Assembly: GCA_951406725.2 (NCBI GenBank)
Contig: OX597816.1
Coordinates: forward strand, 92,752,001-92,816,000
Direction of reading: 5' to 3'
DNA: 64,000 bases
Origin: Octopus vulgaris
Lineage: Eukaryota
Part shown: positions 11,318 through 23,514 of the stretch, one piece after another
Layout: each line of letters begins with the position of its first letter
Position numbering within the stretch: position 1 is the stretch's first letter
Notes under the pieces: model-generated
Seen by the model: the letters and a program-made list of their open reading frames with translations, nothing else
What the model was told of the DNA's origin: nothing
Databases searched by the model: none
Made by a program: the position numbers and the translations under genes

Positions 11318-11678
11318 ATGATCGTGGCTGCACGACGACCACGCACACGCACTTGGCCTGGGAATTCTCCACTGCGGCGCAAGAATTGAGATGTGCAGTC
11401 TTGATGAGGCTAGTTGCAGCGAGCTGCCGGAGTCTATCCGCTTTTGTTACGCCTGCCCGCAAGGCGTTGTCCTCTTCCGACGGTGTCAGTCCTTAGGGGC
11501 TTGAGATAGACCTCCTCCGCTTGCTCCGTAGCTGGGGTCTTGATGGTGTTTGAGACTTCATCCTCGACCTTGCCGCCATGGGTGGCCCTACCGGGAGTCT
11601 AAGACTCCAGACGGTATCGCTCTCAGAATGATTGGAATACACAAGCTCTTCCACCACGACAAGGGACGACCATCGGAA
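11318..11678 (-). mobile_element. Probable RTE-clade LINE 5' region, adjacent to a SINE head (11243-11311)
   Basis: GC-rich block; cgaccttgccgccatgggtggccctacc...cacaagctcttccaccacgacaagg resembles, from memory, the reverse complement of RTE 5' UTRs. No coding motif visible. Confidence 0.5.
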
Positions 11679-11728
11679 TAGACACACACATTTATGTATA
11701 TAGACAGATAGACAATTAGATAGATAGG

Positions 11729-12255
11729 TAGTGGTTCTCAAACTTTCCAAAATATTTTTTCGATGATTCGTGGTCCCCTATAAAATGCAGGATAATCAAC
11801 ATGGAAAAAATGACACACCTTCGTGTACTGTAATTTCATGACTGCTCATACAACCGCACTGCCTATAGACCCGCAATCCTTAAAACCACAACTTAATCCA
11901 GGCAATGTCCAATTGGGATACAATAAATGGACATGAAAACATGGGGAATCAGTTGATCAATTGGGTACAAAGCAAATGAGAAGCGAAAAATACCAACAGT
12001 ATATATACGATCAACCAATGCGTTATACCCGCATATTTTCCATTTGTGATTAGCAAATAAGTGCGTAGACGTGGCGTGGGTTTTGGGGGCCAATGACAAA
12101 AAAAGAATGATAGCATGCGAAAAATTGAAAGTGTTGAAATTTTTTAACTGTCTCAAGCCACCCCCGTTTTCCAGATACTTCAGCGACCCTTCGCAGTGTG
12201 CCTTAGATCTGTTCGTGGTCCCCTAGGGGACCACGGCCCCAGTTTGAAAACCACT
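11729..12255. mobile_element. hAT (Charlie-like) MITE
   Basis: Terminal tagtggttctcaaact / agtttgaaaaccact inverted repeats; repeated subterminal ttcgtggtccccta motif; no ORF. Confidence 0.7.
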
Positions 12256-12315
12256 TGAAAACCACTTGATAGATAAATAGATAGCTAGCTAGCTAGATAG
12301 ATAGATGGATAGATA

Positions 12316-12592
12316 TGTTTCTTTATTAACCACACAGGGCTGCACACAGACGGAACAGATTACAAAGTAGAGCTTTTCTTTTGGGGGGAAAAAAAGGTGG
12401 GGTAGGTTTTCGATCAAAAGGGATCGTAATAGGGAAAGAAGAAAAAAGAAAAAAAGGAAAAGAAACAAAAGAAAAAAAACGATCAATAGGGATCGTGTAT
12501 CACAGTGTCATGATGTAAGGTGTAAAGGGGGAAGCAGGTAAGGTTTATCCATGGGAAGAAAAGCCTACGGAAAAGACCACGGTAACCTCTGT
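12316..12592 (-). mobile_element. 3' end of a non-LTR retroelement (L1/Tx1-like suspected) inserted in (GATA)n
   Basis: Minus strand ends in AATAAA-gaaac; T-rich UTR; gataga repeats on both sides; terminal 50 nt similar to 25142 and 54467. Confidence 0.5.
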
Positions 12593-12854
12593 CAATAGAT
12601 AGATAAATTGATAGATAGATACGTCTATGGCACCTACACGCATATTTTCAAACATTATACAAACAAACAAGATAATGTAAATCATCTGAGCTATATTAGT
12701 TTGAGATTTACAGAAGAATATCTCCCAATACGTTTGAAAGCTGAAGTAAAAAGAACTAATGTTGGTTGATATTTCGCCAGAAAACGTCATAAAATTGTAG
12801 AGCAATTTAAATCACGTGTTGTACGTTGTGTGTGTGTGTGTGTTTGTGTACAGG

Positions 12855-13680
12855 TATACCTCTATCATATGGAAAGGACCTAGATAGAATATGCCATTCC
12901 AAATCAAATTCCGGTTCTGATGTCTTTTTTTTACATAGGTAGTTATTCATCTCACTTGTCCAAAAGAATATCTAACCACTACTCTACATTTAGGCAACAA
13001 AACTGGGCTTAGTAAATTAATTTGGTCTCTAAAGGAACATAATAAACAATTTGATTTGGTCCTTTCCATATGATAAAGGTAAATCTTCTTGTCAGCTCTG
13101 TATCGACGAACTCTGTCCCATCCTGTTCTCAGAGAATTCTCTTGTAAACAAGTTTAAAGAACGCGTTTATCGTTGCAAACATTGGCAGAAACATACTTTT
13201 AGTTCCTATATGCAATTTCTACCAACCTATAAAATTCGCCTTTAACTGTCTTCTTACATTTCATTTCCACTAAACATATCTATTTCCACGCCTTTAAACT
13301 TGATATCCATTCATCCAACGCACTACATTTCTCCACTCTTGATTTTCTGCTATTTTCTTTCTTTCTCCTACTTCTCTTTCTCTAAATTGCATTTGAGGTT
13401 AAATCTATTAACATTTTTCTTTAAAAAAAATAACTTGCCAGCGTTCCCTTCATCATATACGCAGTCATAACATTCGATTAAAATGGCTTACTGATGTTGT
13501 TTCTCTTTTTTTCCTGATGAGAAGATCACTTTGTTTTGCATCATTTTATTCCCTCTGGAATAATAACAATGTTTTCTTCGAAACATATCGGAAGTATAAA
13601 GATTTGAATAACACCTGCGTTTAACTCTATTTCTTTATTTATCTGTTATACAAAAACATTTTACTAGACTCTGGAATTTC
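12855..13680 (+). mobile_element. Penelope-like element 3' fragment: degenerate GIY-YIG endonuclease plus terminal repeat with hammerhead
   Basis: Across frameshifts: FYIGS..SHLSKRISNHYSTFR..TGLSKLIWSLKEHN..PYDKGKSSCQLCIDE..LVNK..RCKH, matching the PLE GIY-YIG C-terminal pattern (LSK.IW.LK, CxxC, CxH); hammerhead at 13510. Confidence 0.85.
13510..13593 (+). ncRNA. Type I hammerhead ribozyme with extended stem II
   Basis: UUUC-CUGAUGA-GAAGA-(about 49 nt)-UCUUC-GAAA-CAUAUC-GGAA; internal hairpin ttattcc/ggaataa. Confidence 0.7.
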
Positions 13681-14161
13681 TACCTTTTAAGTAGGCTGTT
13701 ACATCCTTGGTACTTATGCGAATTTTTTGCTACTCTGGTAACTATTTATTTTTCCCGTGTTATTTGTACACATTGAAAAAATACATACATTTAAATATAT
13801 ATTTATGTATGTATGTGTATGTAGGTATATATATTTTTTTTCATGTCTATAAGTATGTATATATGTATTTATGTATGCGCGCATGTGTATATTTGTGTGT
13901 GTGTGTATCTCAATAAACTACTTTTTAAGTACAATGCACAATATGTCTTTAGATAGCAATAATAAATATATTGGAAGTAAAAATGAAAAGGTGTATATCA
14001 AGTTAGAGAAAGGTTTGAAAGGTTCGCATTTGAATGCGGTAATCTCATAAAACAGAAATATTTTAGTATGTACAAAAATAACTTCGATTCATAGTCAATA
14101 AATCGGCTAACAATCGATTATCGATACAATCGAGCGATGGAATTATAGTCTAACGCTTGAT

Positions 14162-14395
14162 TTAAAAATTCAACAATGGATATCTACTTGAAAATATGGA
14201 AAACGAAGGATTTAATGGCGTTTGAGGATGATGTAGATATTTTAGTTTTCTATACGTTACAGAAGTTATAATTTTATAAAACCAACCAGCTGTAAAACAT
14301 TTATAGTTTTGGGGCTCATATTTAATCACTTTCACGATATATATTTTCATAATGGCTTTATAACAATCATCTAGATGGCTTATTGTCCTGGAAAG
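14162..14395 (-). CDS. Inverted paralog of the terminal exon of the unknown Cys-spaced family (open frame)
   Basis: tag|LSRTISHLDDCYKAIMKIYIVKVIKYEPQNYKCFTAGWFYKIITSV...*; downstream 13700-14100 and 12690-12830 align in reverse with 4450-4795; KCF lies about 230 nt from the tg.acaaaaata anchor, as in the 4202 copy. Confidence 0.45.
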   Translation of the reverse strand, partial: LSRTISHLDDCYKAIMKIYIVKVIKYEPQNYKCFTAGWFYKIITSVTYRKLKYLHHPQTPLNPSFSIFSSRYPLLNF

Positions 14396-16131
14396 CTACT
14401 TTATAACTTTGTTCTGGCTACATTAAACGTGTTCCGTTCTTTTAAACCATGTGCGACACGTAGCATATATTCAATGCAAATAAGCCACATTTAGCAATAA
14501 TTGAAAAATTTTAAAACAAGCACAATATCGAAATTTCTGTTGTCTAGGAAGGGAATCGATTAAATTGTTCCCAGTAATAAACTAGTACTAATCTTTTATC
14601 CACATCGTCATATTTTGGTTGGGTCAAAACTCCTCCACGACTTTAACTCACTTCTATTTCAGGTCCTGGTATCAGGTAGTCTGAAAATTACTCATAAGGA
14701 TCTCTATTGTTGACCGAGTAAAGAAAAACATCCATGTCATCTAGGCAACTACAGTATAGATGTTTGTAGACTAGTAGTCTATCATTCAAGCGTTCAATGC
14801 AACATGCTACCATCTCCTCAGTTGTTCTTCGTGCTCCTCGTTCTGAATATATATTGGCTCATCGTTTACTATTCGAAGAAATAAACATATGACGTCTCTA
14901 TTTTGTTTTCCAATCGTTGTTTCGCTCTTGCCTTCCGGAAGAGTTTCCGCTTACTCCCTGTCGTAATGATAGAGTACTGGTTGAAGAGAACTCTACAAAG
15001 AGGCACTGTAGACAAGATGGGTTTTTCATGAGTCTCTGGAGCTGCGACTGGTGGTACTCTAGAAGCACTGGTTCCTCGATCCTGCGGTCTCTTCCACTGC
15101 TGTTCTTCTTCGCTTTCTTTTGCTGATTGCCCAGCTCAAGTTCCTCAAGTTCAGCAAACTCCTAAGTGAGTCTTAGTGTCACAGAGCTGTTTGCCTTGCA
15201 CCAAAAATCAGATCGCTTTTTTTTCTTCCATCATAGTGGCTATAGCAAGAAAATAGACTAGTTGTCTTTAGGTTCATGTAGACCCTACCTGGTTAGGTGT
15301 TATTTCAGGAGACTTCAGTGCTCACCACTCTACCATACGTGGCACGATTAACTAAGGTTAAATCTCGATGTCTATGCTTCTCACTATGATGCTTGTGTGC
15401 CCTATCCCACTATAGATTGCAGCACCAGATTGTTAGGTGTATAACACTCCAACTAGCCTGTCCTCTCCCCTCGGCTGTGATCTAAGAAATTTAGATACAC
15501 ATTTTCATATGTATTTTTCTCTGGTCGAAGGAAACGAAATAACAATCTTCCTAACACCAGTTAGGGAAAATTCCAACGGCTTTGTTTGTGGGCATATGAA
15601 AAGTCCCTGCCTATTTATATAAACAGAGAGGTTATTTTGTTACTTCTTTCCGTTTATAATCCTCGGATAGAAAACTCTGTCTCTCATAACATATCACTAC
15701 CATATTATTCTTTCTTTCCATATGCTCAGCAATTGTTTTTGATACGACATTTGTCGAAGAAAAAGATGTTATCAAATACGACTTTATGAAGCAATAATTC
15801 AGAAAAAATTCGTCCTACAAGAAAACAGACTACGTAATATACCAAATTTTCTCAAATAAAGACACACTTGTCCAGTGTGTGTGCATGTAAAAATGGAGAA
15901 GAGATTTTAATATTCTTTTAAATTTTAACATCTTCTCTTTTCCATTTTTAACAAATTTGTTGAGTTTGGTGGGATTCCTTTCCATAAATTCTCATAACAC
16001 ACCATATTCAGTATTATATTCATATTCTCAAACTTACGCCAGTAAGCTACCAGCAAAATATGAAGAATCTATATCAGAAATCTTTTTTGGAATCCTCCAA
16101 ATTAAAGAACGAAATATAATTCAACCTTTTT

Positions 16132-16162
<31 letters not shown>

Positions 16163-16183
16163 CGACGGGATTCTTAGAGAATG

Positions 16184-16227
<44 letters not shown>

Positions 16228-16234
<7 letters not shown>

Positions 16235-16465
16235 ATATGTGTTTGTCTGTCTGTCTTTGTCTTCCCATCATTGTTTGACAAACCAATGTTAGTGTGTTTA
16301 TGTCCCCCTAACTTAGCCGTTCGGCAAAAGTGACCGATAAAATGAGTACTAAGCTTACAAAGAGTAGGTCCTGGGGGGCGATTTGTTCGACTTGAAGGCG
16401 GTACTCCAGCATGGCCGCAGTGAAATGACTGAAACAAGTAAAAGAATAAAAGAATAAAAGAAAAT
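16228..16465 (+). mobile_element. Octopus-SINE 3' half
   Basis: gtgtttatgtccccctaacttagccgttcggcaaaag...ccagcatggccgcagtgaaatgactgaaacaag plus aaaagaat tail. Confidence 0.9.
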
Positions 16466-16705
16466 ATGAACAATTAACACCGTACCTTATCACCTCGCAT
16501 AAAATTATTGAGAATTAAGTGTAGGGAAATATTCATTTAGCAACTGACAATTGACAGTAATTGAATTTTTTAATGATTACCCTTAGTTTTAAAACCAAGA
16601 TATTTGAAAATCGCTGGATTGCCTATATAACTTCTTTTAAATGCTTTACCTGCAGAATATTATGCCATGGATAGCTTAAAACTTCTCTGTGAAAACACTA
16701 TTTAC

Positions 16706-16860
16706 CTCTGAACGGAATACTTGTACTGTAGGTGTCTCTTGCTACTTATAACATTTTATAACCACAAAGTAGTTCTGTAGGCATGGTTGTATTTCATAAA
16801 GCTTCAGGCAAGTTTGAATCATGATTATTATAGAGATTTAAACAAGTTTGTAGCAAGTAC
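16706..16860 (-). pseudogene. Inverted paralog of the 2703-2839 exon-like segment with internal 9-11-codon Cys repeats
   Basis: LLQTCLNLYNN/MIQTCLKLYEIQPCLQNYFVVIKCYK*QETPTVQVFRSE|gtaaat (phase 0); start ctata..atcatg and end ttcc.gtt..a.ag|gtaaa match the 2703 copy. Confidence 0.5.
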
Positions 16861-17594
16861 GCTGTTTCTCGAAAACCTGATATTTATCTAAAATTATGAA
16901 ACTCACAATACACAATAAATATTCGGTGTTTGAATTTAAATGGCAATGTCTTGAATATAGGGCTTGAAAGTATTCATTTGGATCTTTAGCTCTGAGTCAA
17001 TAATGTCACACATTACATTCCCTATTAACCTTCTTTTACTCCATTCCTTACTGTTAACACTTCAGAGATTAGATTGCCTCTTCGGTTGCTTTCACGGAAA
17101 TTTCAGTGGAATATTCATTTTTCTGAGATTCAAATTTAGGTGTCATAGTTTTATCTCCAGCGAATGGATTACACGATGATCAGTAGTAGCACTCCTCCAA
17201 CTGCTAAATCTATCTACAGCGCTGAATTACGATTGCTTGAAAGTACACATTATGACGCTTCATGAATTTCGAATCTCTTTTCTTGATATTCCACGCTTCA
17301 TTTAGTGTCCTCTTGAATTTTAAATTAAAATAATTCTAAAAATAAATTTTCGTTTCCAATTTTTATCGAAAAACTTGATTGGTTTATATAGAATATAATT
17401 ATCCTCTAATCATAAAAAAAGTTTATATATCAACAGTGCTAAATTCCTATGTCTAAAGTACAACTATGTTTGATTCAAGACTCAAGTTTGAAGTTTTCCT
17501 AAAGTCAAGGAAATTTTACAAACAATCCTTACACCCTACCACCACTCAACCATTAATAAAATGTGATTCTCAGCATCAAAAATGAATAAATATA

Positions 17595-17597
<3 letters not shown>

Positions 17598-17665
<68 letters not shown>

Positions 17666-17666
17666 T
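17598..17666. repeat. (AAT)n microsatellite
   Basis: Directly visible. Confidence 0.95.
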
Positions 17667-18314
17667 ACAATTAAACGGAAAAATTCTTTGTTATTTGAAA
17701 AATTGATGAGAAAATTATATAAAATATGTTTTGACCCAATCTAATATATGGATCTAGACATTCTAATGCAGGTTTCCAAAGGCATTAGAGGTTCCATATC
17801 AATAATTAAATGTAAAATTATATAAATATTGTTAATACTATAACTTAAATAGTATTGAACATAATCTGAGTTTATAAGTGTTAGGTTATACTAATTTGTG
17901 AATTGAAACACATTTTCGGTAAGTGAAACAATCTGTCTTCGTCTCTCACTCCATCTCTGTCACATATATGCTCATGTGTGTAAGTGTATGTGCGTGCGTG
18001 AGTGCGTGTGTGTGTATATATATGTGTGTGCGTGCGTGTGTGATTGTGTGTACGTGCGTGTTTGTGTGTGTGTGTGTGTTGTTGGATGTAATATTGATTT
18101 TTAACTAAGACGCAGTGATTTAAGTTTTGGAGAAGGAAATGTTTTAATATATCAACCGAAAAGGAAGAATGACAAAGTCGACTAAGAACGTCAACTATTG
18201 TAATTTTTTTTTAAACAATCTAACCATTCTGTCTATATCCAACAAAACCTTCAAGATTTATATTTTCCTTTCATGTATTTATGTAAATCTGTTCGAAAAT
18301 TGATGTATTTTTTT

Positions 18315-18525
18315 TTTTTACTTGTTTCAGTCATTTGACTGCGGCCATGCTGGAGCACCGCCTTTAATCGAGCAAATCGACCCCGGGACTTATTCTTTTG
18401 TAAGCCCAGTACTTATTCAATCGTTCTCTTTTGCCGAACCGCTAAGTAACGGGGACATAAACACACCAGCATCGGTTGTCAAGCAATGCTAGGGGAACAA
18501 ACACAGACACACAAACACACACACG

Positions 18526-18563
<38 letters not shown>

Positions 18564-18724
18564 TACGACGGGCTTCTTTCAGTTTCCGTCTACCAAATCC
18601 ACTCACAAGGCTTTGGTCGGCCCGAGGCTATAGTAGAAGACACTTGCCCAAGGTGCCACGCAGTGGGACTGAACCCGGAACCATGTGGTTGGTAAACAAG
18701 CTACTTGCCACACAGCCACTCCTG
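18315..18724 (-). mobile_element. Octopus-SINE, near full length, young
   Basis: Close match to 63262-63663. Confidence 0.95.
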
Positions 18725-19339
18725 TTTCTATTAATGTAGTAGATGCACTTAATTTGTGATAGACCTAATTTGGGTGGTAGCATTAATTCATGAGTCTAAT
18801 TAACACATGTGTCTAGTCCTTTTCTTTTAGTGGCGTCTATTCTTTTGCAAGCATTCGAAACAGGTCATCAGTTTAAGGATAAATTCAAGCAGGTGCTACT
18901 AAAGATATTGAAAGATGCTTTCTTTCGCAGTAATAACCAACAAAAAATGAACAATAAAACTTTACAAATTAGATAATGTAGTTTCCTCTTGAACTACATG
19001 GTGCAGTTAAACGTGATATTTATCATATTTAGCTCATAATAGAATGACAACTTGTCAGTGAAGTTTTCTTTTAGGGTAATGTGTTAGATTTTTTTTGTGT
19101 GTGTTCGTTACTTTTTATATTATGTTTGTAGAGTTGTTGTACATTTTATTTAACCACCTATATAATTCATACATGTTCTGTGTATGTGGTGACATACATT
19201 TTTAGTGCATAAGCTAGCTTGTTTGGTGTAAATGCATAGATAATAGTATCAATCATTTTGATTGCAAATACTTTATTGATTACATGTGCATATATACATA
19301 CATACACACACACACATATATATATATATACATATATAT

Positions 19340-19395
<56 letters not shown>

Positions 19396-19469
19396 GAGTG
19401 CGTGTGTACGAGTGCTTGTGTGTGTAGGCGTAGTTTGTCTGAATAATTAAGAATTTTTCGCAATATCGA

Positions 19470-19620
19470 CGTCTCACGTTCAGTTGCATTGCATGAAGTG
19501 TGCCATGTGCACACATACTATGATACAGTGGTTTGATAAAGAAAATTTCAATGCAGGAGATGATATATCAGTGGAATCCATAAGTGGGAAACTTTCCTTC
19601 TAATTGAACAACTGAGGAGA
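19470..19620 (+). mobile_element. Highly degenerate mariner transposase fragment
   Basis: MIQWFDKENFNAGDDISVESISGKLS resembles the W..kF..Gd.s.ed..rsGrps segment after the mariner HTH. Confidence 0.35.
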
Positions 19621-21534
19621 TATTTGACTGTTTCCCATTTTCAAGATTACTAATATCGGTTTCTCCGAATTTACCAAGAATCGAATAGCCTTAGTGTGTG
19701 ACATAAACATACAGATTTTAGGAAAATATATTTGACGGAAATAGAAGAAAAGAGACATAAGAAAGATAACTGCTTGCAACTTCCTTTATCATTGTAACAT
19801 TCTACCACGTGTTTTGATATAAGTCTATTGCTAGTTAGGTCTGTATGCATGTACGAAGGTTCAGAGCTTAAAGCATGTGCAATCTTTCAAACTCATTAAC
19901 TGAGTGACTTTGAGAGCCAAAATGTCTAAAATGTGATGGACTAGATACTGTGCAGAAGGTTGGTGGAATGCTTCGTTAGATGGCTTGATTAGGAGATAAT
20001 AGGTTGATGGAGCAGACGTTGTGGCGATACCATGAAAGCTGAGTTTGTAGATAAGATAGATAAAGAGTGTCAGTATTCATATTCTACTCAAGGTAGCGCG
20101 GTGTTAAGAGCACACACATATTGCTAGCAGTCGAGAATCGTCCGATACGGGCGCCAGAACTAACATATAACATATCAGCGTACTGCCCTTCCTCAGTGGC
20201 AGATACCAGCCAAATATCACTGTCAGCGATATATAAAATAACAGCGTTTCGAAGTCTCAGTCAGATTACTAACATTTTAGTATTAGTATGAGTTGTTGGG
20301 TCTGGTTCCTATCTACGAAATTTTCTCTTGTTTAAATATTAATATATAAATATTTATATATTTCTGAAATAGTTAATGACTAGCAAACTCCTATATAATA
20401 TCACTCAAATCTAGACAAAACGAAGAGCAATCCGTATGTGTAAAGCGATATCAATAAAAAGCCAAAGATATAGTATCTAAATTAGAAACTAGATCAACCA
20501 TACAATACTTAGCCAAGTGTAAAAAATATAACAAAATAACAATGAGAAAGAGAAATTCATTCTAATTAACCCAGTCGAGAGTGAAATGGGACTGATTAGT
20601 AAACATATCCTAAATGATAACAATGCAATCAAGAAAGCCACAAACCTCTAACAATAGAACAATAGCAATGCAACGCGCGTGTGGTTTTACAATATTAGAA
20701 GCATAAATGTTAGCAGATTTACTAAATTCGATATTTTAAAATTTTATCATTCTATTTTCAAGAACTTGCTTCAAAAATCCTTAACATTTGCTAAGAAATT
20801 TTAAACTACAAACGATAGTGGCATATAAATAATCATGGATAACAAAAGCATTATCATTTTATAAAAATTGTGACCAGAGAACAAAAACAATAATTTTAGT
20901 AAATATGACGTTATTATGGGTTAATTTTACGATTCTGAGCTACACTGTAGCGTCGGCTGAAATACTAATTTATTCACACATGCTTTCTAACTAAAAATCC
21001 CAGATACTGGCGAAACCTTTCAGAGTACTGTGATTCTGTGCATGATACAGAATAATAGATTTTACTAAAAGTTGCTTTCAACAATTCCTCCCAACAAAAA
21101 TACTAAACAATGTTCGGTACTTCAAACTTGTGTGGCATATTTCTTTATTCGTCAAAAGATTTTTGACATCAGTAATTACCAGTGTAGAGCTGCATGGAAT
21201 ATTTTTGTCCTCATAGTGCCCTGCAATTAGCTTTTCTAAATCTGGTGGCGAATGTATTTCCGAGCTTTAAATATTTCATCGCTATAACACGATTCTTTGT
21301 GATGTCAACATTCCGTATCTGTATATACTTTGTATCTTTCGGGATTTGGTGTCTATGGACATTTTATTGACCAACTGCGTTATTCCAGTCGTTATTAATC
21401 GTGATAAATTCATTACATATATTAATACATACTTACATTTATACATATCTATATCTCTCTACCTACACATGCACGCGCGCACACGCACTCAGGCACACAC
21501 ACAAACACATATGAGAATTTTTAACATACATACC

Positions 21535-21705
21535 TATATACGACGGGCTTCTCTCAGTTTCTCTCTACCAAATCCACTCACAAGGCTTTGGTCAGCCCGA
21601 GGTTATAGTAGAAGACACTTGCCCAAGGTGCCACGCAGTGGGACTGAACCGGGAACCATGTGGTTCGTAAGCAAGTTACTTACCACACAGCCACTACTAC
21701 GCCTA
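21535..21705 (-). mobile_element. Octopus-SINE 5' half
   Basis: atacgacgggcttc...gtgggactgaaccgggaaccatgtgg...cacagccactactacgcct. Confidence 0.9.
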
Positions 21706-21744
<39 letters not shown>

Positions 21745-21975
21745 GTGTGTATGTATATACATACACACACACACACATCTATAGGATCGAAATGTAGAAG
21801 ACTTTTCTATTTTTCCCGTGCGTCAAAGTAATAAACTTGCTTGTTGTTCCCACACTTGTCTTCATCTGTGTTTTTCTATAAATTTGAACTATATATATAT
21901 ATATATGTGTGTGTGTGTACATATGCATATATGTATGTGTGCATATCTCTTTTTCTCTCTCTCTCTTTCTCCCTC

Positions 21976-22037
<62 letters not shown>

Positions 22038-23514
22038 CATACATATTTATATGACTTACATCTGCTCTTGAACCTCTGAAAGTTTCAAACTAAGCCACTT
22101 CAAACAAGCACAGACATACAGGTATGTATGTATATATGTATGTATATGTGTGTGTACGTGCACACGCGCGTCTGTGTTTGTGCGTGTGCATATACTCTGC
22201 TATATTTATATATTACGCTCGAGTTTCATATTTAGTATCACTTAGGATATATATATATATATATATATATATCAGTTACTTTGTATGAATTTTAGTATGC
22301 TTCTATTTGCGTATATGTAGGAGAGTATGTGCACACTTATATTAACATGTTAACTGAAAGATAGACATATGACAGTTGGTTATACTTCAGTACGTTTTTT
22401 CTTTTACTTTTTGTCGTAAAAATCTAATTTTATATCACTTGTATCTCTCGCCATATCATTAATGGCCTTCCTTCTGGCACAAATAATAATATTTCTATGG
22501 AGACTGATTGCATCCGTGAAAACCAATTTACTTCAATATAGAAGCATTAATTTGCAGAGAACTTCTTTCATTACCTTTATTCTGCCTTTTATTGATGTTT
22601 ATTGCAATGGAATATAGAAATATTTTTTGGTTTCAAATGAACATTTAATTCTATTTTAAAAACCATAGCTCGATTATTGTAAGCTTGTTAATAAGATGGG
22701 TAACGCCCCCAAAAGAACACTTTAACATCTGACGTGTAAACTTTTATGGTAGCATTTCTCTGACAGTGATTGAATTATTTGAGTTACAATCAAACTAGTA
22801 TCATTTCAAATTAAGAAACAGCATGACTATGATTATATATTAAAGAAATACGTTGCATGAAGCCATGGTCAGTGGAAACGTTTTCTAAAAACGTTAAATG
22901 AATATGGTTAGTGTACAAATCTAATTTTGCAGGCTTGTCGGTTTGAGATGAGTATTCATAAATGAACTGTAGATGCACACAATTCTGGGGAAGAAAGACT
23001 GAGTCAAGAGCTTAATCTGTGATCTTAGATTAAAATTAGGTTGTGCGTGTTAGAGAAGTGGCCTATATAAGTGAATTTAGGTTGTAAATTGCATATTTGA
23101 AGACTTCAGAAAACAAACTATTATAATAGTCATAGAAGAAATGAAATAAAATACAAATAGAAAGTTAGTGGATACTCAGTTAATAACTCGATGGCTCGTA
23201 ATCGATGTCCACCGCTCATCAGTGTCAATTCACTCAATTTGGAGTACTCCATGAGAAAATGACACACCTCTAAATATGAAGAAGGCATTCATTCTGAAGC
23301 TAAAATGTTTTAATATACACTACTCTTTTTCGGATAGTTTGGCACGTTTAATCAAATATAGGAAAATTATTAACATAACCCTGCCTTCAGTTCTATCTTC
23401 AGTATTTAAATATTTATTCGAAAATAAAAGAGGAAAATCATTCTTGACCTGTAATACGTACATGTATGTATGCATCCATGAAAAATTGCATATACGTATG
23501 CATGCATAACAAAC

